A stretch of DNA of 64,000 nucleotides from Auanema rhodensis. Lineage: Eukaryota > Animalia > Nematoda. Positions 53,301 to 64,000 of the stretch are shown here, piece by piece (the stretch's first letter is position 1; each line of letters begins with the position of its first letter). The notes beneath the pieces are model-generated. The model searched no databases, was not told the origin of the DNA, and was given only the letters and a program-made list of their open reading frames with translations. The translations under genes were made by a program, and so were the position numbers. The stretch is taken from positions 18,228,001 through 18,292,000 of the forward strand of contig OZ059899.1 in the NCBI GenBank assembly GCA_964057225.1. Reading direction: 5' to 3'.

Positions 53301-56300
53301 TTTTTCGTTGAATAACATTGTCCATCGTCTTCGCCTTGAAAAAAGAAATCTAAAAACATCTACTCTTTGTGAAATTATTTTGAAATTTTCAGGGAAAATT
53401 TTTGTCAAAAAGTTTTTGGAAGCAATGTTGAGTGTACATGGAAACTCAACATACACTAATGCATCATTTTTCAAACGATCATAACTAATTTTTGTATTGA
53501 GGGTTTCTCAATGTAGTATAGTGCATTCGATGCGGATTTTTAAGCTGCGTCGATCTGTGTTATCAGATTTGCGCTATCTTAAAAATGCACCGAGATATCA
53601 ACTGATATAAGTTCACACTTATATCCTCGATTTTCAACCTGAAGAATTAATTTCTTCGTTGAATAACAATGTCCATCGTCTTCGCCTTAAAAAAAAAATC
53701 TAAAAACATCTACTTTTTGTGAAATTATTTTGAAATTTTTAGGGAAAATTTTTGTCAAAAAGTTTTTGGAAGCAATGTTGAGTGTACATGGAAACTCAAC
53801 ATACACTAATGCATCATTTTTCAAACGATCATAACTAATTTTTGTATTGAGCGTTTCTCAATGTAGTATAGTGCATTCGATGCGGATTTTTAAGCTGCGT
53901 CGATCTATGTTATCAGATTTGCGCTATCTTAAAAATGCACCGAGATATCAACTGATATAAGTTCACACTTATATCCTCGATTTTCAACCTGAAGAATTAA
54001 TTTTTTTGTTGAATAACATTGTCCATCGTTTTCGCCTTGAAAAAAGAAATCTAAAAACATCTACTTTTTGTAAAATTATTTTGAAATTTTTAGGGAAAAT
54101 TTTTGTCAAAATGTTTTTGGAAGCAATGTTGAGTGTACATGGAAACTCAACATACACTAATGCATCATTTTTCAAACGATCATAACTAATTTTTGTATTG
54201 AGCGTTTCTCAATGTAGTATAGTGCATTCGATGCGGATTTTTAAGCTGCGTCGATCTATGTTATCAGATTTGCGCTATCTTTAAAATGCACCGATATATC
54301 AACTGATATAAGTTCACACTTATATCCTCGATTTTCACCCTGAAGAATTAATTTTTTTGTTGAATAACATTGTCCATCGTCTTCACCTTGAAAAAAGGAA
54401 TCTAAAAACATCTACTTTTTGTAAAATTATTTTGAAATTTTTAGGGAAAATTTTTGTCAAAATGTTTTTGGAAGCAATGTTGAGTGTACATGGAAACTCA
54501 ACATACACTAATGCATCATTTTTCAAACGATCATAACTAATTTTTGTATTGAGCGTTTCTCAATGTAGTATAGTGCATTCGATGCGGATTTTTAAGCTGC
54601 GTCGATCTATGTTATCAGATTTGCGCTATCTTAAAAATGCACCGATATATCAACTGATATAAGTTCACACTTATATCCTCGATTTTCACCCTGAAGAATT
54701 AATTTTTTTGTTGAATAACATTGTCCATCGTCTTCACCTTGAAAAAAGGAATCTAAAAACATCTACTTTTTGTGAAATTATTTTGAAATTTTTAGGGAAA
54801 ATTTTTGTCAAAAAGTTTTTGGAAGCAATGTTGAGTGTACATGCAAACTCAACATACACTAATGCATCATTTTTCAAACGATCATAACTAATTTTCGTAT
54901 TAAGCGTTTCTCAATGTAGTATAGTGCATTCGATGCGGATTTTTAAGCTGCGTCGATCTATGTTATCAGATTTGCGCTATCTTAAAAATGCACCGATATA
55001 TCAACTGATATAAGTTCACACTTATATCCTCGATTTTCACCCTGAAGAATTAATTTTTTTGTTGAATAACATTGTCCATCGTCTTCACCTTGAAAAAAGA
55101 AATCTAAAAACATCTACTTTTTGTGAAATTATTTTGAAATTTTTAGGGAAAATTTTTGTCAAAAAGTTTTTGGAAGCAATGTTGAGTGTACATGGAAACT
55201 CAACATACACTAATGCATCATTTTTCAAACGATCATAACTAGTTTTTGTATTGAGCGTTTCTCAATGTAGTATAGTGCATTCGATGCGGATTTTTAAGCT
55301 GCGTCGATCTATGTTATCAGATTTGCGCTATCTTAAAAATGCACCGAGATATCAACTGATATAAGTTCACACTTATATCCTCGATTTTCAACCTGAAGAA
55401 TTAATTTCTTCGTTGAATAACAATGTCCATCGTCTTCGCCTTAAAAAAAAAATCTAAAAACATCTACTTTTTGTGAAATTATTTTGAAATTTTTAGGGAA
55501 AATTTTTGTCAAAAAGTTTTTGGAAGCAATGTTGAGTGTACATGGAAACTCAACGTACACTAATGCATCATTTTTCAAACGATCATAACTAATTTTTGTA
55601 TTGAGCGTTTCTCAATGTAGTATAGTGCATTCGATGCGGATTTTTAAGCTGCGTCGATCTATGTTATCAGATTTGCGCTATCTTAAAAATGCACCGAGAT
55701 ATCAACTGATATAAGTTCACACTTATATCCTCGATTTTCAACCTGAAGAATTAATTTTTTTGTTGAATAACATTGTCCATCGTTTTCGCCTTGAAAAAAG
55801 AAATCTAAAAACATCTACTTTTTGTAAAATTATTTTGAAATTTTTAGGGAAAATTTTTGTCAAAATGTTTTTGGAAGCAATGTTGAGTGTACATGGAAAC
55901 TCAACATACACTAATGCATCATTTTTCAAACGATCATAACTAATTTTTGTATTGAGCGTTTCTCAATGTAGTATAGTGCATTCGATGCGGATTTTTAAGC
56001 TGCGTCGATCTATGTTATCAGATTTGCGCTATCTTTAAAATGCACCGATATATCAACTGATATAAGTTCACACTTATATCCTCGATTTTCACCCTGAAGA
56101 ATTCATTTTTTTGTTGAATAACATTGTCCATCGTCTTCACCTTGAAAAAAGGAATCTAAAAACATCTACTTTTTGTAAAATTATTTTGAAATTTTTAGGG
56201 AAAATTTTTGTCAAAATGTTTTTGGAAGCAATGTTGAGTGTACATGGAAACTCAACACACACTAATGCATCATTTTTCAAACGATCATAACTAATTTTCG

Positions 56301-59300
56301 TATTAAGCGTTTCTCAATGTAGTATAGTGCATTCGATGCGGATTTTTAAGCTGCGTCGATCTGTGTTATCAGATTTGCGCTAGCTTAAAAATGCACCGAG
56401 ATATCAACTGAAATAAGTTAACACATATATCCTCGATTTTCACCCTGAAGAATTAATTTTTTTGTTGAATAACATTGTCCATCGTCTTCGCCTTGAAAAA
56501 AGGAATCTAAAAACATCTACTTTTTGTGAAATTATTTTGAAATTTTTAGGGAAAATTTTTGTCAAAATGTTTTTGGAAGCAATGTTGAGTGTACATGGAA
56601 ACTCAACATACACTAATACATCATTTTTTAAACGATCATAACTAATTTTTGTATTGAGGGTTTCTCAATGTCGTATAATGCATTCGATGCGGATTTTTAA
56701 GCTGCGTCGATCTGTGTTATCAGATTTGCGCTATCTTTAAAATGCACCGAGATATCAACTGATATAAGTTCACACTTATATCCTCGATTTTCACCCTGAA
56801 AAATTGATTTTTTCGTTGAATAACATTGTCCATCGTCTTTGCCTTGAAAAAAGGAATCTAAAAACATCTAATTTTTGTGAAATTATTTCGAAATTTTTAG
56901 GTAAAATTTTTGTCAAAATGTTTTTGGAAGCAATGTTGAGTGTACATGGAAACTCAACATACACTAATGCATCATTTTTCAAACGATCATGACTAATTTT
57001 TGTATTGAGCGTTTCTCAATGTAGTATAGTGCATTCGATGCGGATTTTTAAGCTGCGTCGATCTGTGTTATCAGATTTGCGCTAGCTTAAAAATGCACCG
57101 AGATATCAACTGAAATAAGTTAACACATATATCCTCGATTTTCACCCTGAAGAATTAATTTTTTTGTTGAATAACATTGTCCATCGTCTTCGCCTTGAAA
57201 AAAGGAATCTAAAAACATCTACTTTTTGTGAAATTATTTTGAAATTTTTAGGGAAAATTTTTGTCAAAATGTTTTTGGAAGCAATGTTGAGTGTACATGG
57301 AAACTCAACATACACTAATACATCATTTTTTAAACGATCATAACTAATTTTTGTATTGAGCGTTTCTCAATGTAGTATAGTGCATTCGATGCGGATTTTT
57401 AAGCTGCGTCGATCTATGTTATCAGATTTGCGCTATCTTAAAAATGCACCGATATATCAACTGATATAAGTTCACACTTATATCCTCGATTTTCACCCTG
57501 AAGAATTAATTTTTTTGTTGAATAACATTGTCCATCGTCTTCACCTTGAAAAAAGGAATCTAAAAACATCTACTTTTTGTGAAATTATTTTGAAATTTTT
57601 AGGGAAAATTTTTGTCAAAAAGTTTTTGGAAGCAATGTTGAGTGTACATGGAAACTCAACATACACTAATGCATCATTTTTCAAACGATCATAACTAATT
57701 TTCGTATTAAGCGTTTCTCAATGTAGTATAGTGCATTCGATGCGGATTTTTAAGCTGCGTCGATCTGTGTTATCAGATTTGCGCTAGCTTAAAAATGCAC
57801 CGAGATATCAACTGAAATAAGTTAACACATATATCCTCGATTTTCACCCTGAAGAATTAATTTTTTTGTTGAATAACATTGTCCATCGTCTTCGCCTTGA
57901 AAAAAGGAATCTAAAAACATCTACTTTTTGTGAAATTATTTTGAAATTTTTAGGGAAAATTTTTGTCAAAATGTTTTTGGAAGCAATGTTGAGTGTACAT
58001 GGAAACTCAACATACACTAATACATCATTTTTTAAACGATCATAACTAATTTTTGTATTGAGGGTTTCTCAATGTCGTATAGTGCATTCGATGCGGATTT
58101 TTAAGCTGCGTCGATCTGTGTTATCAGATTTGCGCTATCTTAAAAATGCACCGAGATATCAACTGATATAAGTTCACACTTATATCCTCGATTTTCAACC
58201 TGAAGAATTAATTTCTTCGTTGAATAACAATGTCCATCGTCTTCGCCTTAAAAAAAAAATCTAAAAACATCTACTTTTTGTGAAATTATTTTGAAATTTT
58301 TAGGGAAAATTTTTGTCAAAAAGTTTTTGGAAGCAATGTTGAGTGTACATGGAAACTCAACGTACACTAATGCATCATTTTTCAAACGATCATAACTAAT
58401 TTTCGTATTAAGCGTTTCTCAATGTAGTATAGTGCATTCGATGCGGATTTTTAAGCTGCGTCGATCTGTGTTATCAGATTTGCGCTAGCTTAAAAATGCA
58501 CCGAGATATCAACTGAAATAAGTTAACACATATATCCTCGATTTTCACCCTGAAGAATTAATTTTTTTGTTGAATAACATTGTCCATCGTCTTCGCCTTG
58601 AAAAAAGGAATCTAAAAACATCTACTTTTTGTGAAATTATTTTGAAATTTTTAGGGAAAATTTTTGTCAAAATGTTTTTGGAAGCAATGTTGAGTGTACA
58701 TGGAAACTCAACATACACTAATACATCATTTTTTAAACGATCATAACTAATTTTTGTATTGAGGGTTTCTCAATGTCGTATAGTGCATTCGATGCGGATT
58801 TTTAAGCTGCGTCGATCTGTGTTATCAGATTTGCGCTATCTTAAAAATGCACCGAGATATCAACTGATATAAGTTCACACTTATATCCTCGATTTTCAAC
58901 CTGAAGAATTAATTTCTTCGTTGAATAACAATGTCCATCGTCTTCGCCTTAAAAAAAAAATCTAAAAACATCTACTTTTTGTGAAATTATTTTGAAATTT
59001 TTAGGGAAAATTTTTGTCAAAAAGTTTTTGGAAGCAATGTTGAGTGTACATGGAAACTCAACGTACACTAATGCATCATTTTTCAAACGATCATAACTAA
59101 TTTTTGTATTGAGCGTTTCTCAATGTAGTATAGTGCATTCGATGCGGATTTTTAAGCTGCGTCGATCTATGTTATCAGATTTGCGCTATCTTAAAAATGC
59201 ACCGAGATATCAACTGATATAAGTTCACACTTATATCCTCGATTTTCAACCTGAAGAATTAATTTTTTTGTTGAATAACATTGTCCATCGTTTTCGCCTT

Positions 59301-59990
59301 GAAAAAAGAAATCTAAAAACATCTACTTTTTGTAAAATTATTTTGAAATTTTTAGGGAAAATTTTTGTCAAAATGTTTTTGGAAGCAATGTTGAGTGTAC
59401 ATGGAAACTCAACATACACTAATGCATCATTTTTCAAACGATCATAACTAATTTTTGTATTGAGCGTTTCTCAATGTAGTATAGTGCATTCGATGCGGAT
59501 TTTTAAGCTGCGTCGATCTATGTTATCAGATTTGCGCTATCTTTAAAATGCACCGATATATCAACTGATATAAGTTCACACTTATATCCTCGATTTTCAC
59601 CCTGAAGAATTAATTTTTTTGTTGAATAACATTGTCCATCGTCTTCACCTTGAAAAACGGAATCTAAAAACATCTACTTTTTGTAAAATTATTTTGAAAT
59701 TTTTAGGGAAAATTTTTGTCAAAATGTTTTTGGAAGCAATGTTGAGTGTACATGGAAACTCAACACACACTAATGCATCATTTTTCAAACGATCATAACT
59801 AATTTTTGTATTGAGCGTTTCTCAATGTAGTATAGTGCATTCGATGCGGATTTTTAAGCTGCGTCGATCTATGTTATCAGATTTGCGCTATCTTAAAAAT
59901 GCACCGATATATCAACTGATATAAGTTCACACTTATATCCTCGATTTTCACCCTGAAGAATTAATTTTTTTGTTGAATAACATTGTCCAT
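41635..59990. repeat. 29-monomer segmental duplication, offset 10149 bp (offset drops to 8747 bp after an internal dimer-number change)
   Basis: Private variants CATGCAAACT (44691/54840), GTCGTATAAT (46521/56670) and a deletion monomer (~42657/52806) are 10149 bp apart. AAAAACGGAATC (C at 50911/59658) is 8747 bp apart. Confidence 0.9.
47550..50350. repeat. Dimeric higher-order repeat, period 701 bp, 4 copies
   Basis: TTTCGTATTAAG occurs at 47551, 48252, 48953 and 49654, alternating with the GAGGG/ATGTCGTAT monomer type. Confidence 0.9.
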
Positions 59991-62900
59991 CGTCTTCACC
60001 TTGAAAAAAGGAATCTAAAAACATCTACTTTTTGTGAAATTATTTTGAAATTTTTAGGGAAAATTTTTGTCAAAAAGTTTTTGGAAGCAATGTTGAGTGT
60101 ACATGGAAACTCAACATACACTAATGCATCATTTTTCAAACGATCATAACTAATTTTCGTATTAAGCGTTTCTCAATGTAGTATAGTGCATTCGATGCGG
60201 ATTTTTAAGCTGCGTCGATCTGTGTTATCAGATTTGCGCTAGCTTAAAAATGCACCGAGATATCAACTGAAATAAGTTAACACATATATCCTCGATTTTC
60301 ACCCTGAAGAATTAATTTTTTTGTTGAATAACATTGTCCATCGTCTTCGCCTTGAAAAAAGGAATCTAAAAACATCTACTTTTTGTGAAATTATTTTGAA
60401 ATTTTTAGGGAAAATTTTTGTCAAAATGTTTTTGGAAGCAATGTTGAGTGTACATGGAAACTCAACATACACTAATACATCATTTTTTAAACGATCATAA
60501 CTAATTTTTGTATTGAGGGTTTCTCAATGTCGTATAGTGCATTCGATGCGGATTTTTAAGCTGCGTCGATCTGTGTTATCAGATTTGCGCTATCTTAAAA
60601 ATGCACCGAGATATCAACTGATATAAGTTCACACTTATATCCTCGATTTCCAACCTGAAGAATTAATTTCTTCGTTGAATAACAATGTCCATCGTCTTCG
60701 CCTTAAAAAAAAAATCTAAAAACATCTACTTTTTGTGAAATTATTTTGAAATTTTTAGGGAAAATTTTTGTCAAAAAGTTTTTGGAAGCAATGTTGAGTG
60801 TACATGGAAACTCAACGTACACTAATGCATCATTTTTCAAACGATCATAACTAATTTTTGTATTGAGCGTTTCTCAATGTAGTATAGTGCATTCGATGCG
60901 GATTTTTAAGCTGCGTCGATCTATGTTATCAGATTTGCGCTATCTTAAAAATGCACCGAGATATCAACTGATATAAGTTCACACTTATATCCTCGATTTT
61001 CAACCTGAAGAATTAATTTTTTTGTTGAATAACATTGTCCATCGTTTTCGCCTTGAAAAAAGAAATCTAAAAACATCTACTTTTTGTAAAATTATTTTGA
61101 AATTTTTAGGGAAAATTTTTGTCAAAATGTTTTTGGAAGCAATGTTGAGTGTACATGGAAACTCAACATACACTAATGCATCATTTTTCAAACGATCATA
61201 ACTAATTTTTGTATTGAGCGTTTCTCAATGTAGTATAGTGCATTCGATGCGGATTTTTAAGCTGCGTCGATCTATGTTATCAGATTTGCGCTATCTTTAA
61301 AATGCACCGATATATCAACTGATATAAGTTCACACTTATATCCTCAATTTTCACCCTGAAGAATTAATTTTTTTGTTGAATAACATTGTCCATCGTCTTC
61401 ACCTTGAAAAAAGGAATCTAAAAACATCTACTTTTTGTAAAATTATTTTGAAATTTTTAGGGAAAATTTTTGTCAAAATGTTTTTGGAAGCAATGTTGAG
61501 TGTACATGGAAACTCAACACACACTAATGCATCATTTTTCAAACGATCATAACTAATTTTTGTATTGAGCGTTTCTCAATGTAGTATAGTGCATTCGATG
61601 CGGATTTTTAAGCTGCGTCGATCTATGTTATCAGATTTGCGCTATCTTAAAAATGCACCGATATATCAACTGATATAAGTTCACACTTATATCCTCGATT
61701 TTCACCCTGAAGAATTAATTTTTTTGTTGAATAACATTGTCCATCGTCTTCACCTTGAAAAAAGGAATCTAAAAACATCTACTTTTTGTGAAATTATTTT
61801 GAAATTTTTAGGGAAAATTTTTGTCAAAAAGTTTTTGGAAGCAATGTTGAGTGTACATGGAAACTCAACATACACTAATGCATCATTTTTCAAACGATCA
61901 TAACTAATTTTCGTATTAAGCGTTTCTCAATGTAGTATAGTGCATTCGATGCGGATTTTTAAGTTGCGTCGATCTGTGTTATCAGATTTGCGCTATCTTT
62001 AAAATGCACCGAGATATCAACTGATATAAGTTCACACTTATATCCTCGATTTTCACCCTGAAAAATTGATTTTTTCGTTGAATAACATTGTCCATCGTCT
62101 TTGCCTTGAAAAAAGGAATCTAAAAACATCTAATTTTTGTGAAATTATTTCGAAATTTTTAGGTAAAATTTTTGTCAAAATGTTTTTGGAAGCAATGTTG
62201 AGTGTACATGGAAACTCAACATACACTAATGCATCATTTTTCAAACGATCATGACTAATTTTTGTATTGAGCGTTTCTCAATGTAGTATAGTGCATTCGA
62301 TGCGGATTTTTAAGCTGCGTCGATCTGTGTTATCAGATTTGCGCTAGCTTAAAAATGCACCGAGATATCAACTGAAATAAGTTAACACATATATCCTCGA
62401 TTTTCACCCTGAAGAATTAATTTTTTTGTTGAATAACATTGTCCATCGTCTTCGCCTTGAAAAAAGGAATCTAAAAACATCTACTTTTTGTGAAATTATT
62501 TTGAAATTTTTAGGGAAAATTTTTGTCAAAATGTTTTTGGAAGCAATGTTGAGTGTACATGGAAACTCAACATACACTAATACATCATTTTTTAAACGAT
62601 CATAACTAATTTTTGTATTGAGCGTTTCTCAATGTAGTATAGTGCATTCGATGCGGATTTTTAAGCTGCGTCGATCTATGTTATCAGATTTGCGCTATCT
62701 TAAAAATGCACCGATATATCAACTGATATAAGTTCACACTTATATCCTCGATTTTCACCCTGAAGAATTAATTTTTTTGTTGAATAACATTGTCCATCGT
62801 CTTCACCTTGAAAAAAGGAATCTAAAAACATCTACTTTTTGTGAAATTATTTTGAAATTTTTAGGGAAAATTTTTGTCAAAAAGTTTTTGGAAGCAATGT

Positions 62901-64000
62901 TGAGTGTACATGGAAACTCAACATACACTAATGCATCATTTTTCAAACGATCATAACTAATTTTCGTATTAAGCGTTTCTCAATGTAGTATAGTGCATTC
63001 GATGCGGATTTTTAAGCTGCGTCGATCTGTGTTATCAGATTTGCGCTAGCTTAAAAATGCACCGATATATCAACTGATATAAGTTCACACTTATATCCTC
63101 GATTTTCACCCTGAAGAATTAATTTTTTTGTTGAATAACATTGTCCATCGTCTTCGCCTTGAAAAAAGGAATCTAAAAACATCTACTTTTTGTGAAATTA
63201 TTTTGAAATTTTTAGGGAAAATTTTTGTCAAAATGTTTTTGGAAGCAATGTTGAGTGTACATGGAAACTCAACATACACTAATACATCATTTTTTAAACG
63301 ATCATAACTAATTTTTGTATTGAGGGTTTCTCAATGTCGTATAGTGCATTCGATGCGGATTTTTAAGCTGCGTCGATCTGTGTTATCAGATTTGCGCTAT
63401 CTTTAAAATGCACCGAGATATCAACTGATATAAGTTCACACTTATATCCTCGATTTTCACCCTGAAAAATTGATTTTTTCGTTGAATAACATTGTCCATC
63501 GTCTTTGCCTTGAAAAAAGGAATCTAAAAACATCTAATTTTTGTGAAATTATTTCGAAATTTTTAGGTAAAATTTTTGTCAAAATGTTTTTGGAAGCAAT
63601 GTTGAGTGTACATGGAAACTCAACATACACTAATGCATCATTTTTCAAACGATCATGACTTATTTTTGTATTGAGCGTTTCTCAATGTAGTATAGTGCAT
63701 TTGATGCGGATTTTTAAGCTGCGTCGATCTATGTTATCAGATTTGCGCTAGCTTAAAAATGCACCGAGATATCAACTGATATAAGTTCACACTTATATCC
63801 TCGATTTTCAACCTGAAGAATTAATTTCTTCGTTGAATAACAATGTCCATCGTCTTCGCCTTAAAAAAAAAATCTAAAAACATCTACTTTTTGTGAAATT
63901 ATTTTGAAATTTTTAGGGAAAATTTTTGTCAAAAAGTTTTTGGAAGCAATGTTGAGTGTACATGGAAACTCAACATACACTAATGCATCATTTTTCAAAC

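Larger units (their letters stand above)
9191..64000. repeat. Satellite B: tandem array of a 350-352-bp monomer (~157 copies; runs off the right edge)
   Basis: TCAACATACACTAAT recurs at 9191, 9541, 9892 and onward to the window end. Length varies through A/T homopolymer tracts and a 19-bp deletion variant. All copies are in the same orientation. GC ~31%. Confidence 0.99.

Noticed and set aside
10782-63658. 44 short ORFs (62-92 aa, MKNDALVYVEFPC... and the opposite-strand frames)
   Set aside because: They are the same satellite segment read repeatedly. Starts are mostly TTG, and length and C-terminus change with homopolymer indels. Most monomers have stops, and the F/K/I/N-rich composition simply reflects A/T tracts. 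No recognisable domain.
1-64000. CRISPR array
   Set aside because: There are no unique spacers; the entire monomer is repeated. No cas genes are present.
1-64000. Inversions, transposon insertions or telomeric repeats interrupting the arrays
   Set aside because: Reading through the window I saw no strand switch and no non-satellite insert. A very short insertion could have been missed by eye.

Overview
The whole window is eukaryotic-type satellite DNA. I found no supportable genes, RNA genes, CRISPR array or intact mobile element. It holds two head-to-tail tandem arrays that abut directly. Satellite A (1 to ~9188) is a 176-bp monomer at ~33% GC with 52 full copies plus a partial one, and its length shows no net change across the array. 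Satellite B (~9191 to 64000) is a 350-352-bp monomer at ~31% GC with roughly 157 copies, including a ~331-332-bp deletion variant. B is organised into successive, overlapping higher-order duplications of 2, 3, 6, 8, 10, 15 and 29 monomers. All listed ORFs are the same chance reading frames recurring in B monomers. Most notable: (1) a base-precise A/B junction with a 7-bp templated-looking duplication that breaks both satellites inside palindromes; (2) a dense series of hairpins in the B monomer, with a hairpin-excising 19-bp deletion and hairpin-improving linked substitutions; (3) a mono-/di-nucleosome-like length ratio (176 vs ~351) plus shared collinear motifs between A and B. A centromeric or pericentromeric location is plausible but is an inference. 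I cannot identify the organism.
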